24,000 nucleotides of DNA from Enterovibrio coralii (GTDB lineage: Bacteria; Pseudomonadota; Gammaproteobacteria; Enterobacterales; Vibrionaceae), in NCBI RefSeq assembly GCF_001559595.1, contig NZ_LNTY01000017.1:29613-53612 (forward strand). The letters are read 5' to 3'. This document shows, one piece after another, positions 8,703 to 20,297 of the stretch. Each line of letters opens with the position of its first letter. The stretch's first letter is position 1. The position numbers and the translations under genes were made by a program. The notes under the pieces were generated by a model. That model did no database searches. It saw only the letters and a program-made list of their open reading frames with translations, and was not told the DNA's origin.

Positions 8703-9887
8703 ATGAAGCAAGTTGATGTAGTGATCATTGGTGCAGGTGCTGCAGGCCTGATGTGCGCAGCCCAAGCGGGCAAGCGTGGCCGCTCTGTGCTGGTGGTCGA
8801 CAATGGTAAAAAGCCGGGACGCAAAATTCTGATCTCCGGTGGTGGCCGCTGCAACTTCACTAACTACGACGTGACGGCGGCGAACTATGTTTGTCGTAAC
8901 CCGCACTTTGCTAAATCTGCATTGGCGCAATACAGCCAGTGGGATTTTTTCTCCATGGTGAATGAATACGGTATCGCGTGGGAAGAGCGTGAGCACGGTC
9001 AGCTGTTCTGCATCGATTCGGCAAAAGATATCGTCGAAATGCTGCTAAAAGAGTGTGACTTGCCAAACGTAGAACAACGCTACCGTTGTGATGTCCACGA
9101 TATCGAGAAAACAGACGACGGCTTTACCCTGAAGCTGGATACTGACACCGTGGCGTGCCAGTCGCTGGTCGTGGCAACAGGCGGTCTGTCGATGCCAAAA
9201 CTGGGTGCTACACCGTTTGGTTACCACATCGCCGAGCAGTTTGGTCTGGCCCGAATTCCGACCACCGCAGGTTTGGTGCCATTTACCTTGCATGACAAAG
9301 ACAAAGCGGCGTTTGCAGATTTGTCTGGCATTGCATTCCCAGTGACCATCACCACAGAAAGCGGTGTGCTGTTTAAAGAAAACCTGCTGTTTACCCACCG
9401 TGGCCTGTCGGGCCCTGTGGTACTGCAAGTCAGTTCTTACTGGAAACCAGGCGAGAAAGTCGCGGTTAACCTACTGCCGGATTTGGACGTAGTGGAAACG
9501 CTGAATGCCATGCGCGACAAGCACCCGCTGCAGAGCTTGAAAAACAGCTTGGCGCGTTTGCTGCCAAGACGTTTGATTGAAGCCATGATGGAGCGTGGTG
9601 ACATGCAAGACAAACCGCTTAAGCAGCTCAACCCGAAAGACATTGAGGCACTCGCCGATTACCTGCACAACTGGAACATCGCGCCAAACGGCACCGAAGG
9701 CTACCGCACTGCGGAAGTGACCTTGGGTGGTGTGGACACCGACGAGCTTTCTTCCAAAACCATGGAAGCGAAGAAAGTGCCGGGTCTGTACTTTGTTGGT
9801 GAAGTGATGGATGTGTCAGGCTGGCTGGGCGGCTACAACTTCCAGTGGGCGTGGAGCTCAGGCTGGGTTGCGGGTCAAAACGTCTGA
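8703..9887 (+). CDS. yhiN: NAD(P)/FAD-dependent oxidoreductase of the YhiN / HI0933 (BaiN-like) family
   Basis: DVVIIGAGAAGLMCA..AG.RGR.VL..DNGKKPGRKIL.SGGGRCNFTN, LFTHRGLSGP.VLQ.SSYW.PGE, PNGTEGYRTAEVTLGGVDT.ELSS.TMEA.KVPGLYF.GEVMDV.GWLGGYNFQWAWSS are essentially colinear with E. coli YhiN as recalled. Confidence 0.92.
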   Translation: MKQVDVVIIGAGAAGLMCAAQAGKRGRSVLVVDNGKKPGRKILISGGGRCNFTNYDVTAANYVCRNPHFAKSALAQYSQWDFFSMVNEYGIAWEEREHGQLFCIDSAKDIVEMLLKECDLPNVEQRYRCDVHDIEKTDDGFTLKLDTDTVACQSLVVATGGLSMPKLGATPFGYHIAEQFGLARIPTTAGLVPFTLHDKDKAAFADLSGIAFPVTITTESGVLFKENLLFTHRGLSGPVVLQVSSYWKPGEKVAVNLLPDLDVVETLNAMRDKHPLQSLKNSLARLLPRRLIEAMMERGDMQDKPLKQLNPKDIEALADYLHNWNIAPNGTEGYRTAEVTLGGVDTDELSSKTMEAKKVPGLYFVGEVMDVSGWLGGYNFQWAWSSGWVAGQNV

Positions 9888-10004
9888 TTGGCTCTCACCG
9901 AAGACTCGATAAAGGCAAAATCCCTGCAGGGTGTTGGCTGATTTTTCACCGTTTCCAATGACCATTGTCTAAACTTTGAGACGAAGGTTGTTGGAGGCAT
10001 TGTA

Positions 10005-12001
10005 ATGGCAAATATTTTTACAAACGCAAAAATTAGCCACAAACTTGCTGCTTTAACGGGCATTACCTTACTGGTCATCGCAGGTTTAGGCTGGGACGAA
10101 ATTTTAAACAGCCGCACTATTGCGAAAGACAGTTTACGTACCGAAGAAGCAACGCAGGCATTTGGTTTGCTTGATGGAATCGCACATAACTTTGCGGTTG
10201 AGCGCGGTTTAACGGCAGGCTTTCTAGGGTCTGGTGGTGATGCTGGCATCAAGGAAAAGCTAGATGCCCAAAGCTTAAAGCCAATCAAGCGCAACAGGCA
10301 CTCGCTAATTTCTCTCCTGAACTTATCGACAAAGAACTTTGGCAGCAAGCTACCGATGGGCTGAATGCACTGCTCGGCAATAAGACGACGATGCGTGAAC
10401 AAGTCGATTCATTGAAGCCTACCGATTCCCCTTTTGTTTACTACTCCACGATAAACAAGCATGCCATTATTGCCGCTGGCGCAGTCGCGTCTCAGTCGTC
10501 AGATCCTATCGTGACTGAAAAATTAAATGCGCTCCTATCTATCATCACGATGAAAGAGAAGGCGGGCCAATCGCGTGGCGCGTTGAACGGCATTTTTGCG
10601 CGAGGAAGCACCACGCTTGATGCCTATGCGCGTATTCAAAATTACATCGAAGAATTCAACTTCGCGACCCTTGCCGCTGAAGCGTCGTTGCACAACGCGG
10701 ATCTCAAAGCCTTAAAAACAATTGAAGCCGAGCCTGTCTGGGCCGAGGTGAATGCCATTGAGGAGTCATTTTTGGCTCAAAAGTCATCATTGAATAAGGT
10801 GGAGGGGCCATCGCCTCAAGAGTGGTTCCCTTTGGCAACCAAACGCATTGTTGCTTTAAATAAGTACAAAAATGCGTATCTAGAGCAGCTTAAAGAAGCG
10901 ATGCATCAACGCGCAGAAAATGCGGCCAATGCGAGTATGTACCTGATTGTTGGTTTGGGTCTGATCATCGTGTTTGTTTCTATCATCGCGGTATGGACGA
11001 TAAATTCCATTCGGAGAAGGATTGCCAGTCTGGGGTCTCAGCTGCAGAACATGATATCGAATAAAGACATGACCCATAAGCTCAACAATGGCAGTACCGA
11101 CGAGATCGGTGACGTTGAAGGGTATATTGATGGTTTTGTGGCTAATATTCGCGAAATACTGAGAGACACCAAAGATCTGACGCAAGAAACGGACGATGCC
11201 ATCTCTCGCCTCACTAAACTGGCGTCAAAAGACGTTGAGTCGGCAAAAGAAACCTCTACGCGATGTGAAACGTTGGCTGCCGCCATGACGCAAATGTCAA
11301 CCAGTAGCAGTGAAGTTGCTTCTTACGCGCAAACTGTTGAGGAGGCGACTGCGATGGCAAAGGATGTTACCTCTAAGGCGGTGTCTTCCGGTGACCAGTC
11401 AGCCAAAACGATGGACTCCCTTATTTCGAGTATCGATACCACGTTTGCCAAAATGAAAGAGCTGCAAAGCCAGACTGCGAATGTTAAGGAGATCCTCGAT
11501 AACATCACAGGTATCTCAGAACAAACTAACTTACTCGCACTCAATGCAGCAATTGAAGCGGCACGAGCTGGCGAAATGGGGCGGGGCTTTGCTGTGGTGG
11601 CCGATGAAGTGCGAAACCTCGCGCAGCGCAGCAAACAATCCACGGAAGAGATAGGCAATATGCTGGATGAGATCCGTATGAATACGGAGAGCTCGTTCAG
11701 TAACATGGAAAGAAGCCGAGATGTTAGCTACGAATCTCAACAATCTGTTGAAACGGCAAAAGGCTCACTGGAAGTATTGGGGGATAATATTAGCAACATG
11801 GCAGATCAAAATGCCTTGATTGCTGATTCAGCGCGTCAACAGGCACAGACAGTGTCGAGCGTTTCCTCCGAACTTGAGGTTTTAGTATCGATATCCTCTG
11901 AGTCGAGCGAGGGGTCGTTGGAAATTGAACGCAGCTTGATGGAATTGAGGGAAAGAATGCGCATCCTGAACCGAAATGTGGGCCAGTTTGGCACGGGATA
12001 G
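10005..12001 (+). pseudogene. Methyl-accepting chemotaxis protein with a periplasmic NIT-like (nitrate/nitrite-sensing type) ligand domain, interrupted by a 1-nt frameshift near 10270 (track ORFs 10005..10364 and 10391..12001)
   Basis: ATG 10005 with SD ggagg at 9993-9997. TM1 (LAALTGITLLVIAGL) is followed by two helical half-domains with ERG-type motifs (FAVERGLTAGFLGSGG; [17 protein letters not shown]), then TM2, a HAMP domain (DEIGDV) and the conserved MCP hairpin [38 protein letters not shown]. The second frame is open from 10241 and reads ...[44 protein letters not shown]. This is a natural continuation if one A is added to the A3 run at 10270-10272. The NIT assignment itself is moderate confidence. 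Confidence 0.85.
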
Positions 12002-12018
12002 TAGGGGGCTTCTCTCGT

Positions 12019-12049
12019 TAAAAAACGCTCCTCTAGGGAGCGTTTTTTG
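12019..12049. terminator. Bidirectional terminator between the convergent MCP gene and ygjK
   Basis: aaaaaacgctcc (12020-12031), loop tcta, gggagcgtttttt (12036-12048). A-run and T-run flanks serve both strands. Confidence 0.8.
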
Positions 12050-12066
12050 TTTATCGCACTGACCGC

Positions 12067-14643
<2,577 letters not shown>

Positions 14644-14994
14644 TCAAAGATGACTGAAAAATGCCAGTAATCACTTCGGCGCAATCATAGGTGGAATGGG
14701 CGATTGGATTTGAAATAGAGATCACGCAGAAACGCTTCGTTACCTGAAATTACACCGCGTGAGTTGGGCGATTACTCGCCGCCTGTTAACGAGGCTGTTT
14801 CCGCTTATTTGAAGCTCAGTCAGGAAATTTTCGACCCAGCTTTCGACATCTCGTTATGCCGCCGTTGGAAGAAAAAAGTCGAGCGAATAAATGTGAGGTG
14901 AAACGTTTGTTCGGCTTATTATTGCCCTGCGTAAATGGAAGGGGGGTGGCAATTTTTACGTGCTGCAGAGCGATTTTGTGTGAATGCAATAGCC

Positions 14995-15026
14995 AATAAA
15001 AAAGGAGGTGTGCTCACCTCCTTTTT
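14995..15026 (-). terminator. Terminator downstream of the aldehyde dehydrogenase gene (hairpin is symmetric and usable on both strands)
   Basis: aggaggtg (15003-15010), loop tgct, cacctcct (15015-15022), with an A-run at 14997-15002 (a T-run on the minus strand) and ttttt on the plus strand. Confidence 0.8.
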
Positions 15027-15052
15027 CCTTGCTCATGATGACCCAACGAGGG

Positions 15053-16494
15053 TTACCGCAAAAACAGTTTTAGCGTGAGTTTTTGCCACCATTTGCCGTA
15101 GGGTGGGGCAAACAATTTGCCGGGGTTGAATTTTCCACGCTGGAACACAGTTTTGGCATGACTGAAGGTACGGAAGCCTTCAATGCATGGTAATGGCCAA
15201 GGCCAGAAGCTCCTACGCCGCCAAACGGAGCGTCATCAACCGCGACCTGCATGATGGTTTCGTTGACCGCAATGGAGCCTGAATGGGTGTTGCGAACCAC
15301 ATGTTGAATGAACTCTTTGTCAAAGCTCATCAGGTAAAGTGCCAGCGGACGCGGCTGATGATGCAGTGTATGCACCACATCATGCACATCTTTGTAGGTG
15401 ATGATCGGCAGCAAAGGGCCAAAAATTTCCTGCTGCATGATGCTGCTGTCTGCTGGTGGGTTTACCACCAAGTGTAAGGCGAGTTTTCGTTGTGTCGGCA
15501 ACACGGCTGGGTCAGCTAACGGGATCACCGTCAGTCCGCGCTGCTCGGTGTCTTTGATGATATCGGTGAGGCGCGTAAATTGCCTGTCGTTGATAATGGC
15601 GGTGCGATCGTCGCTTTGCAGCCCTTTCGGATAAGCTTTTTGCCATTGCACACGCACGGCTTCGACGAAGTCATCCAAGTTGTCTTCATGCACAAAGGCA
15701 TAATCTGGGGCGACACAAATCTGTCCCGCATTGAGGTTCTTACCAAACACCACACGCTCTGCCGCCAAGGTAAGGTCGACATCGGGCGCGACAATTACCG
15801 GTGACTTACCGCCAAGCTCCAACGTCACGGGGGTGAGATTGGCAGATGCCGCCTCCATCACTTTTTTACCAACCTCGGTTGAGCCTGTGAACAGCAGGTG
15901 GTCAAACGGCAGCTTGGTAAATGCAGTCGCCACCGCCACGTCGCCTTCAATCACGCAGACTTTGTCTTCAGAAAATGCGTCCGCCAATAAGGTTCTGACC
16001 GCCTGATTGGTGAGCGGGGTGAACTCGCTCATTTTTATCATCACACGGTTACCTGCCGCTAAGGCAATGATCATGGGGATGAGGCTTAGCGTGATCGGGA
16101 AATTCCACGGCACAATGATACCCACCACACCGAGAGCCTGATAATGCACTTCCACTTTGGCTGGTGCGAGCAACAAGCCCGCTGAGCGGCGTGACGGCTT
16201 CATCCACCGCTTGAGCTTGCGTTTGGTGTAATGCAGGGTTTGAAAGCACGGCAGGATATCTGCCATCAGCGAGTCTGTTTCGCTACGGTGTCCGTAGTCT
16301 TGCGACAGGGCCGTCACAATCGCGTTGTAGTGTTTCTTCAGGGATTTTTGAAGCTTGTTGAGGTCGTCAATACGCTCGTCGTAAGCGATGTCCGGCGTTT
16401 GGTTACTCAATTCGTACATCCGCGCGAATTGCGTTTCCAAAGTGCTGATCTGCTGTTCGAGAGGGACATTGGCTGTCATGGATACCACGGTCAT
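15053..16494 (-). pseudogene. NAD(P)-dependent aldehyde dehydrogenase (coniferyl-aldehyde dehydrogenase-like class), with a 1-nt frameshift near 15184-15187 that replaces the last roughly 45 residues
   Basis: ALDH motifs are present: FTGST.VGK, the ELGGKSP catalytic Glu region, NAGQICVAPDY catalytic Cys region and EIFGPLLP. After ...PFGGVGASGLGHYHA the track frame gives non-conserved LKASVPSVMPKLCSS..., whereas the adjacent frame reads GFRTFSHAKTVFQRGKFNPGKLFAPPYGKWWQKLTLKLFLR with a stop at 15053-15055. Adding one base (cat gca ttg to cat gGc att gaa ggc ttc) restores HYHGIEGFRTFSH. Start set at ATG 16494 (SD aggaag 7 nt upstream) rather than the track's GTG at 16515. Confidence 0.85.
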
Positions 16495-16579
16495 GGGCGC
16501 GCTTCCTATGTGCACTTATTCTTATTAAAAATAAGGTCAGACCAGCGCAAAGGCAAGCTCTCGAAAAGAGTGTGAATCC

Positions 16580-17191
16580 TTACTGTGACAGGGATTGATG
16601 TTGTCTGTCTGCTTCAAACACCTGCATAAAGGTTTGGAAGTATTGGGTCAGCGCCTGTGCGTTGTCCGCCTCGTTCATTGCCTCAAGCAGCACAATGCCC
16701 ACTTCGCAGGTACAAAGGCCGCCTTCAGGCTGATTACGCCTAAGTTGGTAGGCCGTAGACAGATTCTCTGGCAGGCAAACGGTGGGTACATCTTCAAGCC
16801 ATGGACTTTTTCTCAGCATCTTGCGCGCCTGCTGCCATGTTGCATCAATAATGATGAAGTGAATTGGCTTAGCTTCCGGCTTTGAGGTGGTTCTTTTCAC
16901 CACGTTTTCTAGCGAAATGGCCGTCTCGCCGGGGAACACCAGATACGGCTCCGCCGCTGGGTCGGCAAGCAGTGTTAGCAGTTCTGTCGGTGGCGTTTTG
17001 CGTTGCCAGATATGGCGACGGCAGTGCGGCAGGGTATTTTCCAGAAGTTGCCCTGTGTTGGTGGCACGGTCGACTTCTGTTTCGTGCATTAATAGCTCAA
17101 TACGCACGTCGCTGGAGAGCGAAGGGACAAGGTTGCAGAGACAGTTGTAGTGAAAGCCACATTGAGGACAAGGTTCAGGTTTAGTGCGCAA
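16580..17191 (-). CDS. DTW-domain protein (TapT/YfiP-like tRNA-uridine aminocarboxypropyltransferase family)
   Basis: N-terminal Cys cluster CPQCGFHYNCLC and the DTW motif region HFIIIDATWQQARKM. TTG start at 17191 with strong SD aaggagag 5 nt upstream. Confidence 0.85.
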   Translation of the reverse strand: MRTKPEPCPQCGFHYNCLCNLVPSLSSDVRIELLMHETEVDRATNTGQLLENTLPHCRRHIWQRKTPPTELLTLLADPAAEPYLVFPGETAISLENVVKRTTSKPEAKPIHFIIIDATWQQARKMLRKSPWLEDVPTVCLPENLSTAYQLRRNQPEGGLCTCEVGIVLLEAMNEADNAQALTQYFQTFMQVFEADRQHQSLSQ

Positions 17192-17207
17192 TGTGGCTCT
17201 CCTTTCT

Positions 17208-17411
17208 TTAATTTAGCGTCACGCCTTCTCGCTGAGGGTAGGTGCCATCAGCAAACAGCAGGGTATCCGAAGTATCTGGGATTGAGACCTTGGGTGCAAC
17301 GGAAGGATTGCCCGGATAACGCTGACCGTTAAATTGCAGTACATGACTGGCCGCTTTTGCACCGCCGCCACCGACAGGGAAGATAAGATCGTGCCAACTT
17401 GGTGGTGGCAT
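17208..17411 (-). pseudogene. Same-frame continuation of the lipoprotein beyond the TGA at 17415-17417 (67 codons: ...SWHDLIFPVGGGGAKAASHVLQFNGQRYPGNPS...)
   Basis: Exactly one codon (gca) separates the upstream TGA from this ORF, and both are in the same frame. The sequence looks like the missing end of the C-terminal module. No independent SD is present. Confidence 0.6.
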
Positions 17412-17414
17412 TGC

Positions 17415-18752
17415 TCATCTGAAACGGCACATGTGCAGCGTAATACGGCTGTTAAATTGCCAGTTGCCTTGTTGGTTAGCGAAAACCAACACGGTACAAC
17501 CACCGCTGCCACACCTGTCAGTAAGTACTAACAGTTCCTTGTTGCCATCACCGTTTAGATCTTGCGTTAGCCAGCGGTATTTTGTGTCCGGCACCTCGTC
17601 GATGGTATCGCCTAGGTAGGCTTTCAGTGCCGCATCGACGTTGGCATTGAAATCAGCACGACTCTCTACCGCTGTACCCGGAGAGGTTTGGTGTTTCTCG
17701 GTGCCGACCACCAAGTTTAAAGATAGGCCGTCAGGACCCAGGTTGTACTTGCTGCCATTGACGATTTCACTGTCTGCCTTGAGCACAAAACCATTGCGGG
17801 TAAATTCACGCTCGCTGATGAGGTACTGGCCTTGGTGACGCGTCATCATCACGTGTACTTTGTTATCACTGATTTGCTGCCACACACCCGTTTCTGTCAG
17901 TGGTGCACTGTCTGCTTGTTCGTAAACCGTGGTCGCCGAATGATCCGCGTTTAGCGTTAGTGTGGTCGTCAATGTGGTGCCGCCAAGGCTTGTTTGACCA
18001 CGATATTGCGCCACCCAAGGTTGGGTTGGATCGTCGGCAGACAGTGTCGCACAGCCTTCCAGCGTTTCCCCGTCTCGTACAAAGGTCGATTTCCAGCCGT
18101 AAATGCTGTCACTCATGGTGTCGTTGCAAAGCGCAGGTGTGAGCGTGAGGGAAGCCCCGTCTGCGGAATATGTACGCGCAGTTGGCGTAATCGCACGCTT
18201 GGTCAGGGTATAGCTTTGCGCCTGTTCGCCCATTTGTTGATATTTCAGTGTATTGCCAGAGACAGACACTGACCAAAATGGCTCATTACCCGATGCGACG
18301 GTTTTGTCGCGCGCTTGCTTACAGCCGCTGATCTCTGCAGACATCAAATTCAGTTGCGTCACTTTGAAGGTCGCTGGGTAGTCGGCCGCAAAACCATCAA
18401 CGGCAGGGGGAACGAACTCACCAATCACTTCGCCATAAATGGCACTGTAAGGGCTCGAAGATAATGCCATGCCTTCTTGGTCAAGGTTCGCGGGAAGCTG
18501 TAACCAATACTGGGTGTTGCTGCCACAGGGGGTGATGGTGCGCACCTCATGACCCAAGGTGACATCGCCGCGCAGCATAAAGCGTTGTGGTGCGTCCACA
18601 GTTTCGGCAACAGGTGCTGATGATTCGCCAAGCAGATCGTCAGAGTTTCCTAGCTCAACCGGGCCAGATGGCGAGGTGCTACACGCTGACAATAAAGCGG
18701 CGACGGACAAGGCGGCCAGCGTTTGTGGAAGGCGATGATTCAAACTAAACAA
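17415..18752 (-). CDS. Large multi-domain lipoprotein of unknown function (445 aa up to an in-frame TGA)
   Basis: TTG start at 18752 (SD gagga 7 nt upstream) gives MFSLNHRLPQTLAALSVAALLSAC, a signal peptide with a lipobox. It contains a GNEPFWSVSV segment (a COG3650-like motif as I recall) and a C-terminal DLNGDGNKELLVL...CGSGGCTVLVF module. The track's start at 18917 would overlap the divergent EVE gene and has no support. Confidence 0.75.
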   Translation of the reverse strand: MFSLNHRLPQTLAALSVAALLSACSTSPSGPVELGNSDDLLGESSAPVAETVDAPQRFMLRGDVTLGHEVRTITPCGSNTQYWLQLPANLDQEGMALSSSPYSAIYGEVIGEFVPPAVDGFAADYPATFKVTQLNLMSAEISGCKQARDKTVASGNEPFWSVSVSGNTLKYQQMGEQAQSYTLTKRAITPTARTYSADGASLTLTPALCNDTMSDSIYGWKSTFVRDGETLEGCATLSADDPTQPWVAQYRGQTSLGGTTLTTTLTLNADHSATTVYEQADSAPLTETGVWQQISDNKVHVMMTRHQGQYLISEREFTRNGFVLKADSEIVNGSKYNLGPDGLSLNLVVGTEKHQTSPGTAVESRADFNANVDAALKAYLGDTIDEVPDTKYRWLTQDLNGDGNKELLVLTDRCGSGGCTVLVFANQQGNWQFNSRITLHMCRFR

Positions 18753-18825
18753 ATGAGATTCCTCTTCTCTTTCAGTAGCGTTCGCGTTAAAACCTTTTAC
18801 AGGATATCGCTGAAACGGGGAAATT

Positions 18826-19290
18826 ATGGCGTATTGGCTAATGAAAACCGAGCCTGACACTTTTTCTATAGACACCTTAAAACAGCAAAAGGTCTCTTGC
18901 TGGGAAGGTGTCCGCAATTATCAGGCACGAAACATGATGCGTGATGAGATGAAAGTCGGCGATCTGGTGTTTATCTACCACTCATCGTGCAAGGATGTGG
19001 GCGTAGTTGGCATTGCCGAAGTGGTGAAAGAAGCGTATCCCGACCATTTTCAGTTCGACCCAGAAAGTCACTACTTTGACCCGAAAAGCACGCCAGAGAA
19101 TCCACGCTGGATCATGGTTGATGTGGGTTACAAGCAGCATGTGAATTATGTGTCGCTGGCGCGGATTAAAGCTAACCCTGCGTTAGAAGATATGCCACTG
19201 GTGAAAAAGGGCAGTCGACTCAGCATCATGCCGGTCACTGAGATGCAGTGGAATGAGATTCTCGCTATGTCGGAAAAACGCGGGCGTTAA
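18826..19290 (+). CDS. EVE (PUA-like, ASCH-superfamily) domain protein, 154 aa
   Basis: MAYWLMKTEPDTFSID.L......CWEGVRNYQARNMMRDEMKVGDLVFIYHS......VVGIAEVVKEAYPD is the characteristic EVE-domain N-terminal signature. ATG with gggga SD. Confidence 0.9.
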   Translation: MAYWLMKTEPDTFSIDTLKQQKVSCWEGVRNYQARNMMRDEMKVGDLVFIYHSSCKDVGVVGIAEVVKEAYPDHFQFDPESHYFDPKSTPENPRWIMVDVGYKQHVNYVSLARIKANPALEDMPLVKKGSRLSIMPVTEMQWNEILAMSEKRGR

Positions 19291-19294
19291 AAAC

Positions 19295-19326
19295 AAAAAA
19301 GGCAGCGGGGGGAACGCTGCCTTTTA
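19295..19326. terminator. Bidirectional terminator between the convergent EVE gene and yigL
   Basis: aaaaaaggcagcg (19295-19307), loop gggggaa, cgctgcctttt (19315-19325). Confidence 0.8.
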
Positions 19327-19348
19327 GACATAAACCTAAATCCAACGG

Positions 19349-20146
19349 TTACAGCAGGTGCTTCTCTAGGTAGCGAGCAACTGCTTCATCGGCGTGGCTG
19401 CCAATCACTTCGTTGTTCGGCAAGGTCGCTTTTACGCGTGGGTGTGCCGTTTCCATGATCAGGCCTTTTTTCGCCGCACTCAGCATTTCTACGTCGTTCA
19501 TACCATCGCCAAACGCGATACATTCTTCCAAGCTAAAGCCTTTTAGTTCAGCAACCGCTTTCAGGGCTTCGCCTTTTGATACGCCAGCAGCCATCACCTC
19601 CAGACAGAATGGAGTAGAGAATGCGACGCTGACTTTGTCACCGAAGGTCTCAATGAATTTCTTTTCGTATTCCGCCAGATAATCGTGGTCGTGACGGATA
19701 AAGAAAATCTTCGCCACGTTTTCCAGTGGTGGATTTTCTGGGTCGAATTCTGCGTAGCTAAAGCCTGACTCTTGGTGGTATTTCGCCAAGTCTTCGTCAA
19801 CGCGGTTCAGCAGCCAGTCGTCTTCACGGTAGATGTGAATCGTGATGCTCTCGTCATCTTTCACCATTTTGACCAGCTCAGCCAAAATCTCAGGCTCAAC
19901 GTTGCGGCTGAAAATCAGGTTATCGTTTTCATCATGCACACGCGCACCGTTCGAGGTGATCATGAACGCTGGGATACCCACGTTTTTACGGATATGAGCA
20001 ACGTCGATGTGGTGACGACCTGTTGCAAACACAAAATGCTCGCCTTTTTGGTGCAGACGCTGAAGCACGTCTTTGGTGTAAGGCGCAATGCTGTGATCTG
20101 GGGTCAACAAGGTGCCGTCGAGATCGGACGCAACGATTTTGTACAT
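19349..20146 (-). CDS. yigL: Cof-type HAD-IIB sugar-phosphate phosphatase YigL
   Basis: MYKIVASDLDGTLL.PDH...PY.K..L..L......FVFATGRHH.DV..IR.N.....MITSNGARVHD...NLIF, CLEVMA.GVSKG.AL.AVA, IAFGDGMND.EMLS.A.KG.IM..AH.R are colinear with E. coli YigL (266 aa) as recalled. Confidence 0.92.
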   Translation of the reverse strand: MYKIVASDLDGTLLTPDHSIAPYTKDVLQRLHQKGEHFVFATGRHHIDVAHIRKNVGIPAFMITSNGARVHDENDNLIFSRNVEPEILAELVKMVKDDESITIHIYREDDWLLNRVDEDLAKYHQESGFSYAEFDPENPPLENVAKIFFIRHDHDYLAEYEKKFIETFGDKVSVAFSTPFCLEVMAAGVSKGEALKAVAELKGFSLEECIAFGDGMNDVEMLSAAKKGLIMETAHPRVKATLPNNEVIGSHADEAVARYLEKHLL

Positions 20147-20297
20147 GGATACCTCTGTAGGGGCAGAATTTCTATAGTTGTTTCGCGTAGCAGATGGTCA
20201 GACTTGCGTCTGAACCACCCTAAGTGTATCCAACAAAAGGGGAAAGAAAAGGGAATAAGTGACGGTCAGCTTTTTCCCTTTTTTGTGCCGCGCAAAC

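Noticed and set aside
10267-10273. CCCAAAG at the MCP frameshift site as a programmed -1 ribosomal frameshift heptamer.
   Set aside because: The heptamer is out of phase with the zero frame (codons are GCC CAA AGC, not C CCA AAG). I saw no obvious stimulatory hairpin or pseudoknot directly downstream. Two other genes show the same +1-nt defect without slippery motifs.
9875-10402. 175-aa minus-strand ORF overlapping the yhiN end and the MCP N-terminus.
   Set aside because: It is antisense to the MCP sensor-domain coding sequence, which has a clear start, SD and TM helix. Its translation is compositionally odd.
14899-14910. TGAAACGTTTGT, resembling a LacI/GalR-family operator core (AAACGTTT palindrome), upstream of ygjK.
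   Set aside because: The palindrome is imperfect beyond 8 bp and lies about 275 bp from the start codon. No LacI-family regulator is nearby. A short AT-rich palindrome like this is expected by chance.
14856-14999. 47-codon Cys-rich plus-strand ORF (MPPLEEKSRANKCEVKRLFGLLLPCVNGRGVAIFTCCRAILCECNSQ) ending just before the 15003-15026 hairpin.
   Set aside because: There is no SD upstream of the ATG (ctcgtt). The hairpin is adequately explained as the aldehyde dehydrogenase terminator, and there is no supporting homology. It is worth a look only if ribosome profiling is available.
17415-17417. Selenocysteine recoding of the in-frame TGA in the lipoprotein.
   Set aside because: Only a weak 5-bp hairpin (tgcca...tggca) follows the TGA, with no convincing SECIS-like stem-loop. 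The context is an exported lipoprotein domain with no redox motif. A mutation or sequence error is far more likely.
18753-18917. 55-codon upstream extension of the lipoprotein ORF.
   Set aside because: It would overlap the divergent EVE gene start, and the extension is not signal-peptide-like. The TTG at 18752 has an SD and yields a canonical lipoprotein signal peptide.
18826-19290. EVE-domain gene as a marker of a modification-dependent restriction or defence system.
   Set aside because: It is a stand-alone 154-aa EVE protein with no fused or adjacent nuclease, helicase or methyltransferase. Stand-alone EVE genes are common housekeeping-context genes in Proteobacteria.
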